Assembly (NCBI GenBank): GCA_000934665.2
Contig: JYFJ02000715.1
Coordinates: forward strand, 62,001-126,000
From: Catajapyx aquilonaris
Taxonomy: Eukaryota
Direction of reading: 5' to 3'
DNA length: 64,000 bases
Made by a program: the position numbers and the translations under genes. Numbering within the stretch: position 1 is the first letter of the stretch; each line of letters starts with the position of its first letter. A model generated the notes under the pieces. That model searched no databases and was not told the origin of the DNA. It was given only the letters and a program-made list of their open reading frames with translations. Below are positions 51,676 through 62,551 of this stretch, piece after piece.

Positions 51676-52392
51676 TTACACATCCTTGTGATGACTGCTT
51701 CCCTCTTTCTTATTCGTATCTTCCCCATCCACTGTTGTGATTCTTGGGCCTCTGAAGCAGTTGCATACCAAACTGTTCACCACACCAGGATCCGAAGCCG
51801 CTGAAATTTGAAAGAAACTTCATCTCAGATGGGTTATGCGTCGCTTAATCTTAATTGGACAAGTGCATTTAGGGGCTGGTTACATGATTGATGGAAGCCA
51901 TGAGCTGAAGTAAAGGTTGAGCCCATGATTATAGAGGACTAACAATTTGTTCTGGGTGTGCCATCTATCATGTAATCGGTGGCAGTGTGATGTTGTGTTA
52001 CCTTGTGGATATTGTTCCATTAATTCCTTTGGTTAGTCTCACATGTATAGAAGTTATTTCCATAAGGATGTTTTGTGCAAGTGAAAAGGCAGTGTTTCAT
52101 GGGATCATTTTGGTAGTTTTTTTTGTATGTAAAGAAAAAATGACCGTAATGGTCCCTTGAAGTGCCAGCCACCTGCAGCTGAATCTCCACTTGACAGAGA
52201 CAGCTTTTTTGATCCGTTCCTGCACACGTCTGCTGGCCGACGTGGAATATATTAATTGGGACAAGGTCATGCTGGACATCCTCAGTGTTGTAATCTTGGA
52301 ACATTCCTGGAGGTCAATGACCCCCTCACTTCACCTTCTATTTGCTCTGTGCACTTGTACTCCCTCTCATCTCTGATATTATTGAGGAGCAT
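51676..52392 (-). pseudogene. Possible decayed PH-domain gene fragment, intron-containing
   Basis: Minus strand, allowing frameshifts and a stop: LLNNIRDEREYK..EVRG/VIDLQECSKI..KHCLFTCTKH..NFYTCETNQRN*WNNIHK, which resembles PH-domain YY.DE / GVIDL..C / FY...W motifs. Canonical intron 52001-51801 (AAG|gtaac..tttctttcaaatttcag|). Confidence 0.3.
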
Positions 52393-53022
52393 GCACTTGT
52401 TGCTTATGTTTACCCTTCTACATGAAGTGTGAACTCAATTAGTTGTAATTTCACGACACCAGTATGCTGCTTTGTGTGTGTGTGTAAGAATATATGGTGT
52501 AGAGTTAGTGGGTGCCACTAGTAAGTTAATATTGAGGGAAAAAAACCAATGTAATGCAACATGATGATTGACATGTACTGGTTGTACAATTACTGAGTGT
52601 TACGAAGAAGTCGCTGGTATTTTGTGTGTGTTACTATTGCAAAGGAATTCCGACATCAGCTTCATGTAATGGGCTGACTGCATTTATGTTCACTATCGCA
52701 ATTAGTGTTGAGGATATTCCAGTCCAGCAATTTGTTCGTGCTACCGGTACTTCAAATGTGCATAATTAAGATTGGAACGTACAGAATTTATGGATCCTTA
52801 CAACTTGTTCTGTGTGAAATTCTAGTTCATACGAAGACAACGATTACGGCTGAGCATTCTTCAAAGTATTATTATCCCATGAAAATAATGTGGCATCGCA
52901 GAGACTAGGTGTGATATTTCATATTTGCAATTATTTTTGATAATTTAATTCCTGTATACACCAACTCTTGTTAATTACGATCCGCGAAAATATTCAGTAC
53001 AGTACATTTTGTACGGTAGATT

Positions 53023-53213
53023 TATCGATAATTATTCTGGTGGAATATGTGACTTCACGACTTTTCGGCCAATCAGATGCTGCGTTCCATTTCCTTTCTG
53101 GAAACTTCTACAACCCAAGCTTCTATCTGATTGGCTGCTGTTCAGCCAACCAGGTTGCGTTCGATTTTGACCCGCCATTTTTTTTTTTGTGACTTGTTTA
53201 TTTTCTGACGTCA
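53023..53213 (+). promoter_or_regulatory. Promoter module A of the coiled-coil gene
   Basis: DRE TATCGATA at 53023-53030, CCAAT at 53069, reverse CCAAT (CTGATTGGCTG) at 53127, then CCAACCAGGTTG-cg-TTCGATTTTGACCCGCC, and CRE TGACGTCA at 53206-53213. Lies just upstream of the ATG at 53280. Confidence 0.7.
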
Positions 53214-53279
53214 GATCCGGTCAGATGCAGGCGAGCGCTTGAAGGGGGAAGCATCGTTTCTGTGTTGATCTGGTCAAAG

Positions 53280-53378
53280 ATGGAGGGAATCCGTTTGAAT
53301 CTGGCAGCACCCAGCCCAATGCGTCCTCTCCCGGAGGTACCCACGTCCCGGACACCCGACACGAGGAAGATAAGCCAA
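53280..53378 (+). CDS. Coiled-coil gene exon 1a (MEGIRLNLAAPSPMRPLPEVPTSRTPDTRKISQ)
   Basis: AAGATGG start context downstream of module A. Phase-0 donor CAA|gtgggt at 53378/53379; an alternative phase-0 donor GAG|gtaccc lies at 53336/53337. Both fit the phase-0 acceptor at 55304/55305. Confidence 0.6.
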
Positions 53379-53447
53379 GTGGGTCTTAATTTACAGGGGG
53401 GTTTCGAATCAATTTCTTCCTGACCTTTGAAAAAGGCAGAAATTCGA

Positions 53448-53657
53448 TATCGATATTTTTAGTTTTATATCGATATTTTTAGTTAGTAATATCGATATTG
53501 CGTTGCTGAATATCGATGTGTGACGCAGTTGTATCGGACCAATGAGAAGCGGGATTTCACGAGAGCCTAGTGACGTCTTAGGCGAGCTGTTCAGTAAGCG
53601 GTCCCCTGATTGGCTGTTTAATCCAACTGGGGTTGTGTTCGATTTTGGGAGGCCATC
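53448..53657 (+). promoter_or_regulatory. Promoter module B (duplicate of module A) with tandem DRE array
   Basis: TATCGATA at 53448, 53468 and 53490, plus TATCGATG at 53511. CCAAT at 53539, TGACGTC at 53571. 53606-53657 (CTGATTGGCTG..CCAACTGGGGTTGTGTTCGATTTTG..GCCAT) is similar to 53127-53178. Confidence 0.65.
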
Positions 53658-53709
53658 TTGCTGTTCGCGCAGTAGTTTCTGATGGGAGAGCCGTGGGGTT
53701 CAGGGCGAG

Positions 53710-53793
53710 ATGCGGCGAATCGGTCAGAATCCGGGCAACTCCGGTGAAATCCAGCGTCCGTCGGGGCTCCCTGTGAGGTTCAGGATAGATGAG
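53710..53793 (+). CDS. Possible alternative first exon 1b (MRRIGQNPGNSGEIQRPSGLPVRFRIDE)
   Basis: ATG downstream of module B; 28 codons end in the phase-0 donor GAG|gtgggt, compatible with exon 2. Confidence 0.45.
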
Positions 53794-54054
53794 GTGGGTG
53801 CGAAATTGTGTGTTAAAAAAAAAAAAGTCGTTCCATTTGCTAACCGGGCGGTGCCGAAATCCGAAGGACGCTGTGTTCCGGTCCCTCTTTTGCGGGTGCA
53901 TCTAGTCGTTATACATGGGAAAAGGCTTATAGATTGCAGGTCATTGACCCCCAGATCGAACCATCACAAACCCTGTCAAATTAATGTATGCACTTCTGCA
54001 GGGGTGGGATCCAGGTTATCACTCCTGTGTGTGAGAGGACTTTGTTCCCCTATA

Positions 54055-54449
54055 CAGGGTGTCCGAAAAGTCATGCACCATAGGTCAAATCACAGTAATA
54101 TTGTTCAACATGTCCTCTGTTGAGTCCCATACAGGTCTGCAGGGTAGAAATGTGCCTGTAGTTCTTATTAGACAGGATGGATGAGAAGGCTGCGTTCCTA
54201 TCCAGCGAGTGGTTTCCTCATGAGGCCAACTGTTACGTGGAAGGGGTGCACCCCTTGAAGCTCGCAATATGGCCCACCCCAACCCCATGATTGAGGACGA
54301 ATGCCATGCCATAGGCTCAGATTTTGTTTCCTGTGTGCTCAACAACCTGCGATTCTGCCTGCAGACCTGTGCCAAACTGGACTGAGTACTTATGTTATTG
54401 AACAGTTGCTGTGATTTGGCCTATGATGTGGGACTTTTCAGACATCCGT
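54055..54449 (+). mobile_element. Internally deleted Tc1/mariner-superfamily element with transposase C-terminal relic
   Basis: TA|CAGGGTGTCCGAAAAGTCATGCACCATAGG with a degenerate inverted copy CCTATGATGTGGGACTTTTCAGACATCCGT at 54420-54449. 54287-54414 reads MIEDECHAIGSDFVSCVLNNLRFCLQTCAKLD*../IEQLL*, resembling the C-terminus of CAGGGTG-type mariner-like transposases (..RLQ.C...GGHFEQLL). Confidence 0.7.
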
Positions 54450-54611
54450 TCAAGTAACAGGGTGCTCTGCGAACTTATGTATTCAAACCTGATTCTTCTC
54501 CCAACCTATTTTGCTCCGCAGAGATTTGTATATAGTGCTAGCTGGTATGGTATTTGTGAACACCAGCCCAAGTCAACTGGAATTCTGTGCTGTCTCCATA
54601 ACTTCCACTTT

Positions 54612-54974
54612 AGGGGAGGAGGTGTGGTGGCCGAGATGGTAACGTCTCGGCATGCTGAGTGAAAGGCCCCTGGTTCGATCCCCGCCTGGGGAACTTTCCT
54701 TTCACCTGCGTCAGGAGGGTCTCTGACCCGCACCAAGGAGGTGTCAGGCAACCTAACCTCCTGGGGAATAGCACATGACCCGTAGCTATGACATTGCACC
54801 TTGCACCCATGTTCCCTCCCCAAAAATCCCTATCCTTTCCCATTGTCCCTGCTTCCTTGCACCGGATAATGAAGTGAAATATATACAGAAAGCTGATGGT
54901 GGTATGCCACCCCCCTATAGCTCTCGGAAGGGACATCACGGGGTAAAATAAAAAATAAAAATAAAAATAAAATA
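54612..54974 (+). mobile_element. tRNA-derived SINE (family 2), full length
   Basis: A box TGGCCGAGATGG, B box GGTTCGATCCC, A-rich (TAAAAA)n tail. Perfect 16-bp TSD CCATAACTTCCACTTT at 54596-54611 and 54975-54990. A second copy lies at 58223-58645. Confidence 0.92.
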
Positions 54975-55304
54975 CCATAACTTCCACTTTGGTATGCAGT
55001 TTTGTCTTTTTTTATTGGACTAAGGGAGTTGCATAGTGTAATATTTAAATTTAATATTCAGTGTTTGTCATCTGAGATGGGCAGGGGTGGGGGGTGGGAC
55101 GGGTTGTTTATAGGTTTATTTTCACAAGTTTTATTTAGTTCATATGTTGGGTTAGCTTGCGTCTCCCTTCATCGCTGACTACCCCTCATAGGGAAATGTC
55201 ATGATGTTGATGATGATGATGACTAAGGGAGAGGATGGAAATAGATGATTCTTTGTTATGAGAAAGTGAGCTGCATATTTCACTGTCGATCTTTCCTCTT
55301 GTAG

Positions 55305-55917
55305 GTGGTACCACTTCTTAACTCAACCTACAACAGGCAGCCCAATATGTCAAGTAACCGCCGTGGTCAACATCAGTACAATGGAGGTCATGATGTAGCC
55401 AACAAAGTACCTCATCAGTTTGACACTGGTCCCCCAGTGAATGACAATGATTCTTCTCAAGAGAGCAATGGTCAGTCTCAAAGTGGTAGTATCCAATCTC
55501 AGGATGTTGGACCATCTGGGTACAATAATAGCCTGTCCCATGCTGATGTTGAACGGTTTGGGTACGATAGTGGCCAGTCCCAGGGTAGTGGCCTGTCTGG
55601 ATTTGAGAGTGACCTGACCCAGCTGAGCATTGACCAATCTCACCATAACCAAACCCAGGCTCATGTTGACCAGTCACAGTATGACATTAGTCAATCTCAG
55701 GATGATATTGACCAGTCACAGTATGATATTAATCAATCTCAGGATGGTATTGACCAGTCACAGGATGTCGATGATGAAAATCATTCTCAGAACAACAATG
55801 GCCAGTATCGGAACAACACTGATCGGTATCAGAATGGCAGTCACCATTCCCCACAGATTGACCTTTCATCCAAGTACAGAAACAGCAAAGCCAGTGTCAA
55901 GAATTCCCCAGCCACAG
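55305..55917 (+). CDS. Coiled-coil gene exon 2: low-complexity N/Q/S/D region with S/TQ cluster
   Basis: Acceptor ctttcctcttgtag|GTG; 613-nt open frame (ORF 55305..55955); donor ACAG|gtaaat, phase 1. Confidence 0.85.
55665..55766 (+). repeat. Coding 21-bp (42-bp higher-order) tandem repeat
   Basis: Units encode VDQSQYD-ISQSQDD-IDQSQYD-INQSQDG-IDQSQD; TTGACCAGTCACAG recurs every 42 bp. Confidence 0.85.
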
Positions 55918-58217
55918 GTAAATATTCTGGCCTTCAGTGCATTTCTTTTATGTGAAAATTTTCGATGATTAGGTACCTGGTACTACTACAGTACATGGAA
56001 AGTCATTTCAAAAGTAGAAAGGAATAAATACTTTAATGTCTAAAGTGGAAATAAGGGTGTAATATTGTCTGATCTACAGGGTGGCGCTTATTTATGTATA
56101 TGATGTTTTACAGGCTGTAGTATTTGAATTACTGCACGTAAAGTATCGAAAGTGGCGTCCGTGGCCTGAGATTGGGAAAAATGATGAGCAGCTTCAGAAA
56201 ATCCTCCCATTGTTGTGATAGGGAATGGCAGCGAATCAATTGTCAGAGCAATTGCAGGAGTAGCGTGTAGATTGTGCGCGCTTATACTTCGCAACAAGCA
56301 ATTATGTCGAGGTGAAACAAAAGATGGCAAATGGGTTTAGATGCGATGACCCTAGTGTGCTAACCATCACAAGGGTAAACACAAAATTTCATACCAGCAG
56401 CACTGTCTTGCAAGTGAAGGGAGCAAGTAGGCTGAGGAGTGTGTGTATTGATGACAACAGAGCTCTTGTGGCATATTCCTGAGCAGCCGAAATCACAGTG
56501 GTGGGTGTCTAAACAGCTGAACATTCCTCACAGAATACTGAAGAAAATAAAGACCTGAACTTAAAGCCATGTCAACATCATTAGCTTAATGCTCTCAATG
56601 AGGATAGGCTAATGCAGTTGGCAGGTGTATGGCTGGGAATGCTGTAGGAAAATCCAGGCTTGGATTCATTTGGACAGATGTGGTCATATTTTATGTTTCC
56701 AGTACATTGCATCAACAAAGTCACTGACTCCAAACTCAGCTGCCATCCTTCATTTCACCTCTGCATAATATTGTTTGTTGTGGAATATAAACGCACACAA
56801 CTTACCATCAAACGGGGGGAGATTGTGCCATATAGAGAGGGGTTGTGCCTTCGCGTTTTTTGGGACAACGATGCACCCTACTGGCAGCAGGCATAAACTA
56901 TCGAAATTAGGCATATTCCATTACGTTGATAAATGTACAAGGTTGACATTCACGAAGAGAATTCGCGATTTGTTTCTACGAGCCCTCGTATAAGGCCCAT
57001 AAAATAAATTATTCTTGAAATTTTGATTTCCGTCAAGTTTTGCACTTGGTGGTATAGTGTTGGTTGCCGTGAGTGGCTGATTGCTTCTCGTTACCAGGTA
57101 AGTTAATATTTCGATAAGTTCCACATTTATGAAGGTAGTAAATACAAGTTGACGGTTTTTAAATCTGCATTTGTTCTTGAGCTACGACCCAATGAATGAA
57201 AAAGGGGGACTTGACGAGGAGAGATTGTGCCACTGTTTTTTCCCATTATTTCACTGATTTTCATATGTGACAGTAATGAGAGGAGTTTACCTGAAGAAGA
57301 TCGGTGGGAGGCTTTGGGGGAAATCAAGCCTAACATTCTGCGATGAAAAAAAGAGTCGGTAATAATTGGATGTAACAAAAATAATACTGCAGCCAGCGCC
57401 ACTAGTTGCGGCGACGAAAGAGAACATCGAACCTGATCGAACTGATTGCGACCGAGGTACTGACAAATAAAAATCGGATGGCCCACGAACGGCCACCTTG
57501 CTCGAAGGGAAAAATCAATGCAATTGTATTTTTTCGTAATTTTGAGCCAGTGACTTGGACAGATCATGCATGTGACTATAAACAGTGTGTTTTATCAAGG
57601 TGAATGAAGGGAATAAGATGTCCTTGAAGTGCTTGTAAGCATCACTGGATTTATAACTTGGCATTTTTATTGACGAATTGCCTCATGACAGGGAAGAAAC
57701 CGCCTTTGTTCTCCACGACACATTTAATACAGTCCATTCCTAATCACATTCATAGTTATTTAGCCATTTCGTGGGAACATACCATGAGAAGGCTACTCTG
57801 CCCAATTATTTTTCAGTTGTCTGATGGGTGGTGGTGGGTAGTTTTATGTGAGAGTGACATTAATTGCAGTTGGTGCAGGATTAATGTTGTGTATAAATTT
57901 CTCTCCAATAGATTAATTTGCTCGTAAGAAAAACCTCAAAATGTGGCACCATCTCACCCAGTTTGACGGTATTACTGGTAAGATTGAAGGTAATATTAGG
58001 GATGGACTGCTTTAAATGGGTCGTGGCGAACAAAGTCTGTTTCTTCCCCGTCATGAGGCACGTCGTCAATAAAAATGCCAAGTTATGAATCAAGTGATGT
58101 TTAAAAGCACTTCAAGGACACACCTTCATTCATTCAATATTGATAAAACACATTGTTTATATTGACATGCATGATCTGTCCTAGTCACTGGCTCAAAATT
58201 ATGAAAAAATACACGTA

Positions 58218-58645
<428 letters not shown>

Positions 58646-59569
58646 CACGTATATTAATTTTTCCCTTTCTCCAGCCAGTTTGATTTTCGCGGACGCAGGC
58701 CATCAGATTTTATTTTCCAGTTCACGCTCCTAGTCGATCAGGTTCGATGTTCTCTATCATTGCCGTGGCGCCAGCTGCAGTACTCTTCGTCTGATCGCTT
58801 TGCTCATATCCAATTATATACTCTTTTTTTCATCGCAGCATGTTATCCATGATTTCTGCCAAAGCTTCCAACTGATCTTCTCCACATCAACCTTTCCCAT
58901 CACTGTCATATATGAAAATCATGGAAATAATGGGGGAAAACTGGGGAAAAAAGGGGCACAATCTCGCCTTGTCACCACACTTTTTAATCTAATTGCACCA
59001 TCTTTCAAAAAATATTTTCTTCACATATTAAAGATGCTAATTTGTATGGCCAGTATGTCCATGACTCGTTTCCTATTTCAAGCATTTAAATATGGTGGCC
59101 CAATCTCACCCAAACGACAGGGGGAAATTGTGGCACGGAAAAGAATTTATATCTCCCCTCCATTAGTATATAAAAATTATTTTTACGTATCATCTGAAAG
59201 GTGAGATGTGCAGCAATGTTGTATAAAATATTCGTTCCGATATATCAATTACTCTGGTTTGCTTGCAAGGAAAACCTCCAATAGTGGCACAATCAACTGC
59301 ACACAATCGCTGCCATTCTCTTTGAAAGTTTCACAACAATTGGCGGATTGCCTGATGCAGCACATCATTATCCCCAATCTCAGGCCACACATTGATGCCA
59401 CTTTCGATACTTTACACTTGCTGTCAGTAGTTTAAATGCTACAGCCTGTGAAACATCATGTACATAAATATGTGCCACACTGTATTTATGCTTTAATATG
59501 GTATGCTTACCATACCCTGGCAGTAGTTTGTGTGAAAAGTTGGAAGCTGAACATTTGTAAGGTGTCATT

Positions 59570-59826
59570 AATTGAATGGGTTAGTGCCATAACGTGCTAA
59601 GCCACAAAACCTTCATTCTGAGATATGGGCTTTCAAAAGTTTGGCTTAATATGGCAAATCATACAAAACAAGGAACATTATTCGTGATTTTCTCGTGATG
59701 TATGGGGAATTTTTCTAACTACGTGATGCCCACTTGTGAAGCACGATGGTGGGCCTTTCAGACACGTGCAAGCTCAAAAAACACAAAAGTGTGGCTTAGC
59801 ACGTTATGGCACTAACCCATTCAATT
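59570..59826. mobile_element. 257-bp MITE with perfect 37-bp TIRs
   Basis: AATTGAATGGGTTAGTGCCATAACGTGCTAAGCCACA / TGTGGCTTAGCACGTTATGGCACTAACCCATTCAATT. Flanking direct repeat GTGTCATT at 59562-59569 and 59827-59834. Confidence 0.9.
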
Positions 59827-60077
59827 GTGTCATTAATACTTTAATTGGTTGGAAGACCATAGGATTTGACCAAAATATAGGTCATCAGTTTCTAACTACC
59901 CACTGAGCTGTCCGACTGCTCGTGTCAGTTTCTAACTATCATGTACAGGGTGTGTCAGAAGTCGGTACCTATTTTTATTTCCGAATAACTTTCCAACAAG
60001 TAGGCCTACACCTGCCTAAATACAGGATTTCTATTGTTACATAATTTCTCATTGTCACTTTTATATTCCTGGACCAG

Positions 60078-60414
60078 GAGGCAACCTCTCTAGGGTCTTA
60101 GAGCCAGATCCCTGTGATTATGATCCTATGAGCCTAGACCAGATGGCAGTTGTACCTAGTACATCATTATACACCTCTCATCTGGCAGACAACTTGAACC
60201 CATTCAATGGAAATGTGCAGAGATCCTTGCAGTCTTTGCATCTGTCTCTTGTTGCTGCCAGGATGGCAAAGAAGGAGAAGTGGGCTCAGCTTAAACAGGA
60301 GCGAGAGGAAGTTGACCAGTTGGAGCGTAAGCTGCAGCAGCTGCGGGTGACCTACACCAACCAGAGCAATGTGATCAAGAAGCAATATGACCAAAAAATG
60401 GCTCTGAATTCCCA
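60078..60414 (+). CDS. Coiled-coil gene exon 3 (start of coiled coil; SYCP1-like motif)
   Basis: Acceptor ttttatattcctggaccag|GA (phase 1), in frame with ORF 60128..60433; donor CCCA|gtatgt (phase 2). Confidence 0.85.
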
Positions 60415-60480
60415 GTATGTTACTTGCACCTGAAATTTTTATTAAACACTAGTGGTGAAGTTTTCATAATTCTGTTAATA

Positions 60481-60659
60481 CAGTCAAACCTCGATATAAC
60501 TATCCTACATATAACGCGTCCTGCTTTCAACGTGCCTTTTTTCCAGTCCCTTCATCATTTCCATATGGTAAATTTTTCCGCATAATATAATGCTATCCAG
60601 CTTATAACCCTACTTTTGGGTGGTCCCTTAGTGCAGAGCGTTATATCGAGGTTTTACTG
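60481..60659. mobile_element. Tigger/pogo-type MITE
   Basis: TA|CAGTCAAACCTCGATATAAC ... GTTATATCGAGGTTTTACTG|TA: typical pogo/Tigger TIR and TA TSD. Confidence 0.88.
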
Positions 60660-61064
60660 TACTCAATGGGTGGGCAGTACATATGCTGACACTTGTGAAA
60701 GAAAAAAATAGTACTTGCTATTACTGTAAATTAAATAATTCCAATGCAAAGTAAGACAGTTTTTATGTAGTGTTTTCCATTGCACTGGAGACATGGGGGA
60801 AAGAAATCTTACATTTCTAAATATACTGTATATTGCGTCCAAGGATATGCTGGGCAAACAAACCTCTTTGTCGGCATTATTTTGTGCTCCTTTGGGAAAA
60901 AATATCCAGTGAAACAATAATATTGATGACTCTGCCCAAACCACTTCGGGCTGATACCCAAAAATTGGTGCCACAGGTCTGCCATTAGCTTCCAATGAAA
61001 TTAATTGCCATTAACTGTGCATTTGAGATCAGCTCCTGTCTGAGGGGGCCTGGTCACACCCACG

Positions 61065-61155
61065 TAGGGTGGCCAGACGTCCTTATTTTGAGCACTCTGT
61101 CCTTTGTCCTTCGCCACCTCAAGAAGGACGTTGATTTGTCCTCCTTTTTGGGGCC
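61065..61155 (+). mobile_element. Truncated hAT (Blackjack-like) terminus
   Basis: TAGGGTGGCCAGACGTCCT followed by repeated GTCCT subterminal motifs; no partner end found. Confidence 0.4.
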
Positions 61156-61626
61156 TGTCTAAAGTAACATGTCAATTTCCTGACCTGTACTAGAACAGAG
61201 AGAAGTTTGGGAGCTGAAGCCCACAATAACCACTCTTGAAGACAGCTAATAACGGATAGAAATACAAAAAATATGCTTCCCTTGTTTTGTGAAATAAGTT
61301 AACATGGTTACTGTTCCAGCAAAAGTTAAAAAGAATATTCATATCTTAATATATTTACAGAATGAATGCATATAATATAATACAGCACATTTAGATAATT
61401 CATTTTTAAAAATACCACAGAATAGCATTCCTTTGTTTTTTTATGTACGTCAACATACCATGAAACATGTTTGATTTAGGTTAAATTTTTATGCTGAAGA
61501 CTTCAGTCATTAGTGTGTTAAATACAATTATTTGGTAACTTGGGTATTTTGATTATGATGAAATAAAAAGGCATTGTATTATGCATTTCAATGCATTGCA
61601 TTAAGTGTCACATTTTTCATTGTCAG

Positions 61627-62011
61627 GTTCAAGGCGTCTTCACATTCTTTGAATAAGGCTCGATCTGCTTCACATCAGTGTGAAGTTGCAGTGAAATATC
61701 TCACAAACAAGGAGAAAGAAGTTACAGAGGGATTGAAGATGATTCAGGATGGGGAAGATGAGGCAAACAAATTGTTAGAGAACATGCAAGAATGGGAAGA
61801 AATGGTGAAGAGAGTCGCAAAGGTAGATCTACGTGATGCTGAGCGACAAGCTGAATTACTGAAGATTCAGACCAAGGAAGAGAAGCTGAAGGAGGTGAAA
61901 GCTGCTAGGGACATTCGTGTTAAGGAACTTGACCGCCTCGCTGAAGCATTGAAGCTTGAGCTGAAAAAGAAGGATGACGCAGTGGAACAAGTGAAGGTGG
62001 AGATAGAACGT
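61627..62011 (+). CDS. Coiled-coil gene exon 4
   Basis: Acceptor tttttcattgtcag|G (phase 2), frame of ORF 61574..62038; donor CGT|gtaagg (phase 0). Confidence 0.9.
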
Positions 62012-62375
62012 GTAAGGCAAATTGTTATGTACATATGACAGAATTGCTCATTTAATTTATTGTGAAGGTGGGTTCATAAGATCACAAGAACTGGCCAGAG
62101 TGAGTGAACACAGGTTCTTTTTAATGTATAGATTTCCATTAATTTTTCTTGATACATTCGATCCTTGTTTTTCTTGACTTGCATGGATGTGAACACTCAT
62201 GTTCTCTTTAGAAAATGACATGCAGATATGACCCAACTTATCATATAAGGTCTTATTTGTTTCATATATGGAATGATACCATAATGTATTTAAAAACCCA
62301 ATCTCACATCACTACATAATTATGTGCACCCATGTATCCTTCCCTTGGTTGCCTGTAACAAGCTTCATATTTCAG

Positions 62376-62482
62376 TATGAGGCTGCAGCTTCAACTAGAA
62401 AGAGTCAGTTGACTAAGGAAAAGGAGGAACTGACAGCGAATGTAACTAACATTCGCATGACACTGAAGCAGGAAAAGGAGAA
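62376..62482 (+). CDS. Coiled-coil gene exon 5
   Basis: Acceptor ttcatatttcag|TAT (phase 0), YEAAASTRKSQLTKEKEEL..; donor GAA|gtatgt (phase 2). Confidence 0.88.
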
Positions 62483-62551
62483 GTATGTCAATGTCTGCTC
62501 GGATGTGATTTTGTAAAAAAAAACTAACAAAAAAATGTTCCTTTATTTCAG

